Assembly (NCBI RefSeq): GCF_964355755.1
Contig: NC_092673.1
Coordinates: forward strand, 10,574,948-10,638,947
Length of the DNA stretch: 64,000 nucleotides
Source of the DNA: Antedon mediterranea
Lineage: Eukaryota > Animalia > Echinodermata
Reading direction: 5' to 3'
The position numbers and the translations under genes were made by a program. Below, piece after piece: positions 24,721 through 36,908 of this stretch. The notes beneath the pieces were generated by a model. That model was not told where the DNA came from and searched no databases. It saw only the letters and a list, made by a program, of their open reading frames with translations. Every line of letters begins with the position of its first letter. Position 1 is the first letter of the stretch.

Positions 24721-25560
24721 ATAATTCCCACTAGAATAAGCGCACTCCTATCTGGTTACAAACACCACGCTTACTTAACCCTATGTTTCGCTCATGGCTT
24801 CTACCTTACATGGGGCTGCTTTTACAGCAACTATCTCCCAAGCTATCATCAACAACCTTCCGGAAATTCCGTACCTGAAAAATGTCGTATCCTCCACAAC
24901 CTCTCCTATCCCTACGACTCAAACGCTGTCAATCACAACATCCCTGGGTTTTGCATAACAGTTCATTACGAAACAATTGCCAACGCAATAGACATAATTG
25001 ACATACACAATCACCCGGCATTCATGGCCAAGACGGCCACCAGTGACGCATACAGACTAATACATTTACATCCCACTCAATATCACCTCACAGGTTTCAC
25101 GTGGTTAGGCCAGTATTACTACGATAAAACGCTTCCCCAAGGCGGCGGATCTTCGTGTCAAATATTCAATAAGTTTTCTGACGGAGTGAAATTTTTCCTT
25201 ATAAAAAAGTTAAAACAGCCCAATAACGTGAAAATATTAGACGACATCCTCGTCATTGAAGACACACACCAACTGTGTGCGAACTCCTTGAAGATATCCA
25301 AGGCGCTTGCTGACCGCGGTGGCATACCTCTAGCACCGCACAAAACAATTTCACCCACCACCACCATTTCCTTCCTGGGTATTGAACTTGATTTACAGAA
25401 AATGTAAGACAGGCTTCCATCTGAGATAATAAAATTACGTTACCCCCTTTAAAGTTCAAAACTTCACTCAACTACATTGAGAGCCCCCCAATCTCTTTGA
25501 AAAGCTACAATTTGCCACCTGGGTTATACCCTCTGGACTGGCGTTCCTAAGAAGGCTTAA
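24720..25560 (+). pseudogene. Ngaro reverse transcriptase relic
   Basis: CRILHNLSYP, MAKTATSDAYRLI, YYYDKTLPQGGGSSCQIF, KILDDILV and TISFLGIELD; stop at 25407. Confidence 0.92.
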
Positions 25561-25699
25561 TGCCCTAACGGCCGGTCTAACTAACCCCTTTTCAACTATT
25601 CACCTTTCTGACTCAGCAAAGGAGGATCTCCAAATTTGGGCCGACTTTCTTAGCAAACACAATGGCGTTACCATTTTTCACCCCCACAAAAATTTGACT

Positions 25700-26184
25700 C
25701 GCAGCGTTTACATTTCTCCTCTGATGCCTCAAAAACCGCACTTGGTGCGACCTTCCAAAAGTTCTGGATTCAAGGCCGCTGGCCGGAAAATTGGAAAATG
25801 TTCGACATCATGGTTCTCGAAATTTACCCCATCTATGTCATGCTTTCGATTTTTGCAAAACAGCTAGCCAACACCCATGTAGTTTTCCACTGTGATAACC
25901 TAGCTGATGTATATGTGCTTAACAAAAAATTGTCATCAAACGAAAAGGTCATGAGAGTGGTTCGCGCTATCATCCTTTTGTTACTACTAAACAACATTCA
26001 GTTTACAGCCAGGCACATCCCTGGTAAGCAAAACAGGATATGTGACGCTCTTTCTCGTTTTCAGGAAACGGAGGCCATGCTAGAGGAGCACAGTATGAAC
26101 CGCACACCGCTAAAGATACCAAAGCACTTACAACCAATCTACTTCGAACCACTAAACAACTCAAGATCCTCACACGAGAGCTAA
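25700..26184 (+). pseudogene. Ngaro RNase H (DIRS-type) relic
   Basis: SSDASKTALGA, LEIYPIYV, FHCDNLADV and ARHIPGKQNRICDALSR. Confidence 0.9.
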
Positions 26185-26199
26185 TGTGGAACTCATTAA

Positions 26200-26800
26200 G
26201 TAAATGAACCGCTAGTAACTATAAAAGCAAATGGCACCATTTTAACCAATTCAGGAAATCACTAAGCCTTCCGCTACCAGCGACTCCACAGACAATTGTT
26301 CTCTATGTAAGTAAGCTGACTAAAAATGCACTGGCGATTTCCACGATTCGAAACTACCTTAGCCCAGTGTCATTCGTGCACAGGGTATCATTTATGGAAG
26401 ACCTTACCGCAAATCCAGCAGTCAGCAATTTATGCAGAGGAGTAGCGAAACAAAAAACGAACTCTCCATCCAAACCGATCAGACCGCCGGTCACCTCCGA
26501 CATTCTTGTAACGCTAATTGGACATATGCGAGGTAGCATGAAATCCAAATTCATCATATACAGAGCCTTGTTCATAATATGTTACTTCGCATGCCTCAGA
26601 GCCAGTGAAGCAGTAGTCTCCAAGGCCGCAGAACACACACTAATGCTATAAACAATTAGCTCGCCATGCTAGTCTGGAACATACACAGTTTAACACTCAT
26701 TCTTTCAGAATCGGTCGAGCTAGCGACCTTCACCAACTTTGACACTCTCACCAAGACATTTTGATTTTTGGACGATGGTCGAACCACATAACTTTGTCAA
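26200..26800 (+). pseudogene. Ngaro tyrosine recombinase relic, internally deleted
   Basis: N-terminal YVSKL...STIRNYLS, catalytic YFACLRASE, HSFRIGRAS and GRWS. The region between the R and HxxR motifs is too short. Confidence 0.88.
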
Positions 26801-26938
26801 ATACAGCATTGTAAATATGGGTGCTGGCTGGTTGGCATATTTCCTAAGCATGACTGGGTATTAAGCGTCAAGCTTAAACAAAGTTTGATACTTATTTTTT
26901 CTGTATATCGTTTTACTTATTTCATTTTTGTTTTCTTT

Positions 26939-27382
26939 CGGTGACAGCATAGGTTGCACCGCCAATTATAATCATATGTTCAATCCGAGTCAACACGTTG
27001 CTCCAGGTAGACTAATAAGTTATTTATATGTTTTCGGTGTCAACATGGTTGCACCGTTTATTAAACTCAATTCTCAAACGCGTACTGGAGTCAACACATG
27101 TTGCCCCAGGCAGACTAATGTAGATTGTTTCTATACGTTTTTTGGTGCCAACATTTGATTGCACTGCCTACCTAATTAAAATGTTTAAACATGTACTGGA
27201 GTCAACACATGTTGCTCCAGGTAGACGAATGTAGGTGTTTCTATACGTTTTTCGATGTCAATATTTGGTTGCTCCACCTATCAGGCGCTAATGGTCAAAC
27301 GGGTACTGGAGTCAACACATGTTGCTCCAGGTAGACTATGTAGATAGTTTCTTACGTTCTGGGTGTCAACATATGTTGCACC
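26939..27382 (+). repeat. Array of nine bulged hairpins (two alternating types, ~110-bp dimer period) in the Ngaro 3' UTR
   Basis: GGTG-T-CAAC-ATNN-GTTG-CACC alternates with CTGGAG-T-CAAC-ACAT-GTTG-CTCCAG, with diverged linkers. Confidence 0.85.
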
Positions 27383-27460
27383 ATCATCTGAATGGCTTGT
27401 CATCGGTTCTACCTGCACTTAATTTGGGCTGCTTCATTGGCCCCTTCGTTGCCAACTGTG

Positions 27461-27933
27461 TTGGCCCTTTCAGAGCATCCCAATGTTCCTTTTTTATGTT
27501 TTCCTTTTACGTGCATGCTGCAACGATGACTTGCCATTCATATTAAATAACTTTACAACCAATACTTGTTTCCTTGTTTTTGTTTATCGGGCTCACATGT
27601 GTCAAAATCACGTGATTGCGGGGCGCCCTCGCAATCATCTTTTGACAGCGTGAGCATCTCATCCTCTTCACCTCACGCTGTCAACAGATTACCACGCCAG
27701 TTTTTGGCTAAGTAAAATAATTTTCACTTCCCTCCCTCCACTCCCTCTTTATTTTGTTTTCAATTACGATTTTGAGACATGTGTTTTGGCCCTTTCAGAG
27801 CATCCCAATGTTCCTTTTTTTATGTTTTCCTTTTACGTGCATGCTGCAACGATGACTTGCCATTCATATTAAATAACTTTACAACCAATACTTGTTTCTT
27901 TGTTTTTGTTTATCGGGCTCACATGTGTCAAAA
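27461..27933 (+). repeat. Ngaro 3' split repeats B1 (27461-27607), A2 (27608-27729), B2 (27786-27933)
   Basis: B1 and B2 are near identical (ttggccctttcagagc...acatgtgtcaaaa), and A2 equals A1. Confidence 0.95.
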
Positions 27934-30900
27934 GCTATTCTGTATACTTTGATGTTTTTGTGAAAAAGTTTTGTCAAAATGCTCTAAACGGTCGAAAACG
28001 TTTCCAAATGTGATTTTAAGCACTTTGATGTTTTTGTGGAACCAAGTTTCATCGAAATGCACAAAAAGGTCTAAAACTTCTCCAAATGGGATAATAAGAT
28101 ATTCTATAAACTTTGATGTTTTGTGTAAAAACGTTTTATCGAAATGCTCTATATGGCCAAAAATGTTTCCAAATACGATATTAAGCTATTTTGTGCACTT
28201 TGATATTTTTGTGTGAAAAGTTTCATCGAAATGCACAAAATGGTTTAAAATATCTCCAAATGCAATTTTAAGCTATTCAAAGCACTTTGGTGTTTTTATG
28301 TCAACAAGTTTTTTCGAAATACTCAATATGGTCTAAAATTCCTCCAAATGGGATAATAAGCAATTCTGTACACTTTGATATTTTTGAGTGACTATTTTTT
28401 TTTTATCGAAATGCTCAAAAATACATCAAATTGTACAAAATAGCTTCAAATCGAATTTGGAATAGTTTTAGACCATTTTGAGCATTTCAATAAAACTTTT
28501 CACACTAAAACATCAAAGTGCACAAAATAGATTAATATCGTATTTAGAAACGTTTTAGACCATTTTGAGCATTTCGACAAAACTTTTTCACACAAAATAT
28601 AAAATTGTACAAAATAGCTTCAAATCGCATTTGGAGACGTTTTAGACCATTTTGAGCATTTCGATAAAACTTTTTCACACAAAACATCAAAATGTACAAT
28701 TTAGTTTCAGATCGCATTTGAAGACGTTTTTGACCATTTTGTGCATTTCGATGTAACTTGGTTACACAAAAACATCAAAGTGTTTAAAATCACATTTGAA
28801 ACCGTTTTAGATCTTTTTGAGCATTTCGACAAAACTTTTTCACACAAAACAACAAATTGTACGAAATAGCTTCAAATCGCATTTGGAGACGTTTTAAATC
28901 ATTTTGTGCATTTCGATGAAACTTGCTTACACAAAAACATCAAAGTGCTTACAATCACACTTCAAACCATTTTAAACCATTTTGAGTATTTCGATAAAAC
29001 TTTTCACACCAAAACATCAAAGTGTACAAAATAGCTTAGTATCGTATTTAGAAACGTTTTAATCCATTTTCAGCATTTCGACAAAACTTTTTCATACAAA
29101 ACATCAAATTGTACTAAATAGCTTCAAATCGAATTCGGAGATGTTTAGACAATTTTGAGCATTTCAATAAAAGTTTTTCAAACAAAACATCAAAATGTAC
29201 AAAATATCTTCAAATCTCTTTTAGAGACGTTTTAGACCATTTTGTTCATTTCGATGAAACTTGGTTACACAAAAACATCAAAGTGCTTAAAATCACATTT
29301 GAAACCGTTTTAGACCATTTTGAGCATTTCGATAAAACTTTTTCACAAATAAAATCAAAATGTACAAAATATCTTAAAATCACATTTGAAACCGTTTTAG
29401 ACCATTTTGAGCATTTCGATAAAACTTTTTTACACAAAATATCAAAATGTACAATTTAGCTTCAAATCGCATTTCGAGGCGTTTTAGACCATTTTGTGCA
29501 TTTCGATGAAACTTTTCACACGAAACATCAAAGTGCACAAAATAGCTTCAAATCGCATTTGGAGACGTTTTAGACCATTTTGTGCATTTCGATGAAACTT
29601 TTCACACAAAAACATCAAAGTGCACAAAATAGCTTCAAATGGCATTTGGAGACGTTTTAGACTATTTTGAGCATTTCGATAACACTTTTTTACACAAAAT
29701 ATCAAAATGTACAATTTAGCTTCAAATCGCATTTCGAGGCGTTTTAGACCATTTTGTGCATTTCGATGAAACTTTTCACACAAAACATCAAAGTGCACAA
29801 AATAGCTTCAAATCGCATTTGGAGACGTTTTAGACCATTTTGAGCATTTCAATAAAACTTTTTACACTAAAACATGAAAGTGCACAAAATAGATTAATAT
29901 CGTATTTAGAAACGTTTTAGACCAATTTGAGAATTTCGACAAAACTTTTTCACACAAAATATAAAATTGTACAAAATAGCTTCAAATCGCATTTTGAGAC
30001 GTTTTAAACCATTTTGAGCATTTCGATAAAACTTTTCACACAAAAACATCAAAGTGAACAAAATAGCTTAACATCGTATTTCGAGGCGTTTTAGACCATT
30101 TTGTGTATTTCGATGAAACTTGGTTACACAAAAACAACAACATTCTTAAAATCACATTTGAAAACGTTTTAAACCATTTTGAGCATTTCAATAAAACTTT
30201 TCACACTAAAACATCAAAGTGCACAAAATAGATTAATATCGTATTTAGAAACGTTTTAGACCATTTTGAGCATTTCGACAAAACTTTTTCACACAAAATA
30301 TAAAATTGTACAAAATAGCTTCAAATCGAATTTGGAGATGTTTTAGACAATTTTGAGCATTTCGATAAAACTTTTTCAAACATCAAAATGTACAAAATAT
30401 CTTAAAATCTCATTCAGAGACGTTTTAGACCATTTTGTGCATTTCGATGAAACTTGGTTACACAAAAACATCAAAGTGCTTAAAATCACATTTGAAACCG
30501 TTTTAGACCATTTTGAGCATTTCGATAAAACTTTTCACACAAAAACATCAAAGTGCACAAAATAGATTAATATCGTATTTAGAAACGTTTTAGACCATTT
30601 TGAGCATTTCGACAAAACTTTTTCACACAAAATATAAAATTGTACAAAATAACTTCAAATCGAATTTGGAGATGTTTTCGACAATTTTGAGAATTTCGAT
30701 AAAACTTTTTCAAACATCAAAATGTACAAAATATCTTCAAATCTCATTTAGAGACGTTTTAGACCATTTAAAGCATTTCGATAAAACTTTTCACACAAAA
30801 ACATCAAAGTGCACAAAATAGCTTAATATCGTATTTGGAAACGTTTTAGACAATTTTGAACATTTCGACAAAACTTTTTTACACAAAAATCAAATTGTAC

Positions 30901-32663
30901 AAAATAGCTTAAAATCACATTTGAAACCGTTTTAGACCATTTTGAGCATTTCGATAAAACTTTTCACACAAAAACATCAAAGGTCACAAAATAGCTTAAC
31001 ATCGTATTTGGAAACGTTTTAGACCATTTTGAGCATTTCGACAAAACTTTTTCACATAAAATATAAAATTGTACAAAATAGCTTCAAATCGTATTTGTAG
31101 ACGTTTTAGACCATTTTGAGTATTTCGATAAAACTTTTTCACACAAAATATCAAATTGTACAAAATAGCTTCAAGTCGCATTTGGAGACGTTTTAGACCA
31201 TTTTGAGCATTTCAATAAAACTTTTCACACTAAAACATGAAAGTGCACAAAATAGATTAATATCGTATTTAGAAACGTTTTAGACCATTTTGAGCATTTC
31301 GACAAAACTTTTTCACACAAAATATAAAATCGTACAAAATAGCTTCAAATCACATTTGAAAACGTTTTAGACCATTTTGAACATTTCGACAAAACTTTAT
31401 CACACAAAACATCAAAGTGCACAAAATAGCTTAACATCGTATTTGGAAACGTTTTAGACCATTTTGAGCATTTCGATAACACTTTTTCACACAAAACATA
31501 AAATTGTACAATATAGCTTCAAATCGCATTTGGAGACGTTTTAAATCATTTTGTGCATTTCGATGAAACTTACAATCACACTTCAAACCAATTTAGACCA
31601 TTTTGAGTATTTCGATAAAACTTTTCACACTAAAACATCAAAGTGCACAAAATAGCTTAGTATCGTATTTAGAAACGTTTTAAACCATTTTCAGCATTTC
31701 GACAAAACTTTTTCACACAAAACATCAAATTGTACAACAGAGCTTCAAATCGCATTTGGAGACGTTTTAGACCATTTTGAGCATTTCGATAAAACTTTTT
31801 TACACAAAACATCAAAATGTACAAAATATCTTCAAATCTCATTTAGAGACGTTTTAGACCATTTTGTGTATTTCGATGAAACTTGGTTACACAAAAACAT
31901 CAAAGTTCTTAAAATCACATTTGAAACCGTTTTAGACCATTTTGAGCATTTCGATAAAAATTTTCACACAAAAACATCAAAGTGCACAAAATAGCTTCAA
32001 ATCGCATTTGGAGACGTTTTAGACTATTTTGAGCATTTCGATAAAACTTTTTTACACAAAATATCAAAATGTACAATTTAGCTTCAAATCGCATTTCGAG
32101 GCGTTTTAGACCATTTTGTGTATTTCGATGAAACTTGGTTACACAAAAACATCAAAGTTCTTAAAATCCCATTTGAAACCGTTTAGACCATTTTGAGCAT
32201 TTCGATAAAACTTTTCACACAAAAACATCAAAGTGCACAAAATAGCTTAACATCGTATTTCGAGGCGTTTTAGACCATTTTGTGTATTTCGATGAAACTT
32301 GGTTACACAAAAACATCAAAGTTCTTAAAATCACATTTGAAAACGTTTTAAACCATTTTGAACATTTCGACAAAACTTTTTCACACAAAACATCAAATTG
32401 TACGACATAGCTTCAAATCGCATTTGGAGACGTTTTAGACCATTTTGAGCATTTCGATAAAACTTTTTTACACAAAACATCAAAATGTACAAAATATCTT
32501 CAAATCTCATTGAGAGACGTTTTAGACCATTTTGTGCATTTCGATGAAACTTGGTTACACAAAAACATCAGAGTGCTTAAAATCACATTTGAAACCGTTT
32601 TAGACCATTTTGAGCATTTCGATAAAACTTTTCACACAAAAACATCAAAGTGCACAAAATAGC

Positions 32664-35600
32664 TTAATATCGTATTTGGAAACGTTTTAGACAATTTTGA
32701 ACATTTCGACAAAACTTTTTTACACAAAACATCAAATTGTACAAAATAGCTTCAAATCGCATTTGGAGACGTTTTAGACCATTTTGAGCATTGCAATGAA
32801 ACTTTTCACACAAAATATAAAATTGTACAAAATAGCTTAAAATCACAGTTGAAACCGTTTTTGAGCATTTTGAGCATTTCGATAAAACTTTTCACACAAA
32901 AACATCAAAGTGCACAAAATAGCTTCAAATCGCATTTGGAGACGTTTTAGACTATTTTGAGCATTTCGATAAAACTTTTTTACACAAAATATCAAAATGT
33001 ACAATTTAGCTTCACATCGCATTTCGAGGCGTTTTAGACCATTTTGTGTATTTCGATGAAACTTGGTTACACAAAAACAACAAAGTTCTTAAAATCCCAT
33101 TTGAAACCGTTTAGACCATTTTGAGCATTTCGATAAAACTTTTCACACAAAAACATCAAAGTGCACAAAATAGCTTAACATCGTATTTCGAGGCGTTTTA
33201 GACCATTTTGTGTATTTCGATGAAACTTGGTTACACAAAAACATCAAAGTTCTTAAAATCACATTTGAAAACGTTTTAAACCATTTTGAACATTTCGACA
33301 AAACTTTTTCACACAAAACATCAAATTGTACAACATAGCTTCAAATCACATTTGAAACCGTTTTAGACCATTTTGAGCATTTCGATAAAACTTTTCAAAC
33401 AAAAACATCAAAGGGCACAAAATAGCTTCAAATCGCATTTGCAGACGTTTAAACATCAAATTGTACAAAATAGCTTCAAATCGCATTTGGAGACGTTTTA
33501 GACCAATTTGAGCATTTCGATAAAACTTTTTCACACAAAACATCAAAATGTAGAAAATAGCTTAAAATCACATTTGAAACCGTTTTAGACCATTTTGAGC
33601 ATTTCGATAAAACTTTTCACACAAAAACATCAAAGGGCACAAAATAGCTTAACATCGTATTTGGAAACGTTTTAGACCTTTTTGAGCATTTCGATAAAAC
33701 TTTTTCACACAAAACATCAAATTGTACGAAATAGCTTCAAATCGCATTTGGAAACGTTTAAACATCAAATTGTACAAAATAGCTTCAAATCGCATTTGGA
33801 GACATTTTAGACCATTTTGAGCATTTCGATAAAACTTTTTCACACAAAACATAAAAATGTAGAAAATAGCTTAAAATCACATTTGGAGACGTTTAAAAAT
33901 CAAATTGTACAAAATAGCTTTAAATCGCATTTTGATACACAGAGACTTAAGAATAAGCATACAACATCATTTTCTGGCATATAAACATTTTATTGGAAAA
34001 ATGAACATTCTAAACGTGTAACCTGCATGTGATTGTGGATATGTATAAGTTAGACGCAGATTTTATTATTCTAATATCACATGGATGCTCAGGAAAAAGC
34101 TCATGGCAGGTCTAAAACACCGCCCAGAGCAGCCCATGTAAATGCAAGGTGGACGCAAGAATGTTCACTCTTCCAAAAGAAAGACACGAACAGATGTATT
34201 TGAACCAAAACAGTAGGCCCCGCTCGGCGAACTGGTATGATGAAGGATAGAATGCATTGCCACTTATAATACGGTAATGCGGAAAACACTGCCTGAGCAG
34301 ATGGCGAGAACACGTTAATTGCTGAAACAGAATAATCGTATTAATATCGTATTTGGAAACGTTTTAGACAATTTTGAACATTTCGACAAAACTTTTTTAC
34401 ACAAAACATCAAATTGTACAAAATAGCTTCAAATCGCATTTGGAGACGTTTTAGACCATTTTGAGCATTGCAATGAAACTTTTCACACAAAATATAAAAT
34501 TGTACAAAATAGCTTAAAATCACAGTTGAAACCGTTTTTGAGCATTTTGAGCATTTCGATAAAACTTTTCACACAAAAACATCAAAGTGCACAAAATAGC
34601 TTCAAATCGCATTTGGAGACGTTTTAGACTATTTTGAGCATTTCGATAAAACTTTTTTACACAAAATATCAAAATGTACAATTTAGCTTCACATCGCATT
34701 TCGAGGCGTTTTAGACCATTTTGTGTATTTCGATGAAACTTGGTTACACAAAAACAACAAAGTTCTTAAAATCCCATTTGAAACCGTTTAGACCATTTTG
34801 AGCATTTCGATAAAACTTTTCACACAAAAACATCAAAGTGCACAAAATAGCTTAACATCGTATTTCGAGGCGTTTTAGACCATTTTGTGTATTTCGATGA
34901 AACTTGGTTACACAAAAACATCAAAGTTCTTAAAATCACATTTGAAAACGTTTTAAACCATTTTGAACATTTCGACAAAACTTTTTCACACAAAACATCA
35001 AATTGTACAACATAGCTTCAAATCACATTTGAAACCGTTTTAGACCATTTTGAGCATTTCGATAAAACTTTTCAAACAAAAACATCAAAGGGCACAAAAT
35101 AGCTTCAAATCGCATTTGCAGACGTTTAAACATCAAATTGTACAAAATAGCTTCAAATCGCATTTGGAGACGTTTTAGACCAATTTGAGCATTTCGATAA
35201 AACTTTTTCACACAAAACATCAAAATGTAGAAAATAGCTTAAAATCACATTTGAAACCGTTTTAGACCATTTTGAGCATTTCGATAAAACTTTTCACACA
35301 AAAACATCAAAGGGCACAAAATAGCTTAACATCGTATTTGGAAACGTTTTAGACCTTTTTGAGCATTTCGATAAAACTTTTTCACACAAAACATCAAATT
35401 GTACGAAATAGCTTCAAATCGCATTTGGAAACGTTTAAACATCAAATTGTACAAAATAGCTTCAAATCGCATTTGGAGACATTTTAGACCATTTTGAGCA
35501 TTTCGATAAAACTTTTTCACACAAAACATAAAAATGTAGAAAATAGCTTAAAATCACATTTGGAGACGTTTAAAAATCAAATTGTACAAAATAGCTTTAA

Positions 35601-36009
35601 ATCGCATTTTGATACACAGAGACTTAAGAATAAGCATACAACATCATTTTCTGGCATATAAACATTTTATTGGAAAAATGAACATTCTAAACGTGTAACC
35701 TGCATGTGATTGTGGATATGTATAAGTTAGACGCAGATTTTATTATTCTAATATCACATGGATGCTCAGGAAAAAGCTCATGGCAGGTCTAAAACACCGC
35801 CCAGAGCAGCCCATGTAAATGCAAGGTGGACGCAAGAATGTTCACTCTTCCAAAAGAAAGACACGAACAGATGTATTTGAACCAAAACAGTAGGCCCCGC
35901 TCGGCGAACTGGTATGATGAAGGATAGAATGCATTGCCACTTATAATACGGTAATGCGGAAAACACTGCCTGAGCAGATGGCGAGAACACGTTAATTGCT
36001 GAAACAGAA
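32664..36009. repeat. Tandem duplication with 1677-bp offset (satellite plus Ngaro-2 end)
   Basis: 32664-34332 is repeated at 34341-36009; the ORF track shows identical ORFs offset by 1677. Confidence 0.93.
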
Positions 36010-36385
36010 GGCACTGCCTGAGCAGATGCCTGTAACCTTAATACAAACAGGAAGGCACTGCCTAAACAGATGCCTTTAACCTTAATACTAAACAGAAGGC
36101 ACTGCCTGAACAGATGCCTGTAACCTTAATACTGAACAGAAGGCACTGCCTGAGCAGATGCCTGTAACCTTAATACTGAACAGAAGGCACTGCCTGAGCA
36201 GATGCCTGTAACCTTAATACTAAACAGAAAGGCACTGCCTGAGTAGATGCCTTGAACCTCAATACTAAACAGAAAGGCACTGCCCGGGAAGATGCCTGGA
36301 ACCATAATACTAAACAGAAGTCACTGCATGAGCAGATGCCTGTAACCTTATACTAAACAACAGGCACTGCCTGGGCAGATGCCTG
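36009..36385 (-). repeat. 44-bp tandem hairpin array (nine copies plus one degenerate at ~35965)
   Basis: On the element sense strand the unit reads AGGCA-T-CTGC-TCAG-GCAG-TGCCT plus a linker. Confidence 0.9.
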
Positions 36386-36466
36386 AAAACTTGTGCGTGT
36401 CGAGCTGACAGAATATTAATCATGGCTTTGAGTACATGCCTATGGGGTCATTAGCAATTTGTAATG

Positions 36467-36908
36467 TTACTTGTTACATAAAGTTATGCAATGTGGTCGT
36501 ATATATTGTTTGTACGCATCGCTTTTCCATCTACCAGTGGTCATGATCTCCTTCTCATTTGCTGCCATGTTATGTAGTTGTGTAGCCCTACCAATTCTGA
36601 ATGAGTGCGTATTGAAACGTGTGTGATCTAAAGTGGTGTGCGAAGCAGTTTTTTTAAGAATGCAGCTCAGGTGTTTCCGTTGTAAAGGCAAACCATGTTT
36701 GGAACGCAAAAAATTGTCCAGTAGCTGCTGGTCTAATAGACCTGTAACGTTTCAGCGCCTCAACGGGGCAGAGCGGGCTAATAGGACATGTTGTGGGTTT
36801 GTGGATAAATTTGTTATCCGGGTCCCAAAATGATCTGTGAAATAACACACGACGTAAATGCACTTGTTGGTGTCTCAGTATCTGACTATTTAATCCATCA
36901 TAACTCAA
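36467..36908 (-). pseudogene. Tyrosine recombinase C-terminal half, frameshifted
   Basis: CPVEALKRY, FNTHSFRIGRAT and GRWKSDAYKQYIR (HxxR, W and catalytic Y). Confidence 0.9.

Larger units (their letters stand above)
20895..27933 (+). mobile_element. Ngaro-type tyrosine-recombinase retrotransposon, structurally complete but decayed
   Basis: Split direct repeats A1...B1-A2-B2; gag, RT, RNase H and YR relics in order; no methyltransferase seen; no TSD. Confidence 0.93.
17420..28420 (-). repeat. 87-bp satellite, diverged inverted-orientation arm (segments ~17420-18207, 20490-20894, 27934-28420, split by insertions)
   Basis: Reverse complement of the main satellite (tcgaaatgctcaaaatggtctaaaacgtctccaaat...). 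The register is continuous across both insertions. Confidence 0.93.
35607..36908 (-). mobile_element. Second Ngaro/DIRS-type element, 3' fragment (its end also duplicated at ~33930-34332)
   Basis: YR C-terminus, hairpin array, AATAAA, and a terminal ...GTGTATCAAAA resembling the ...GTGTCAAAA end of element 1. Confidence 0.8.

Noticed and set aside
36009-36385. CRISPR array interpretation of the hairpin repeats (also 26939-27382)
   Set aside because: Linkers are homologous to each other rather than unique spacers, there are no cas genes, and the context is a eukaryotic retrotransposon.
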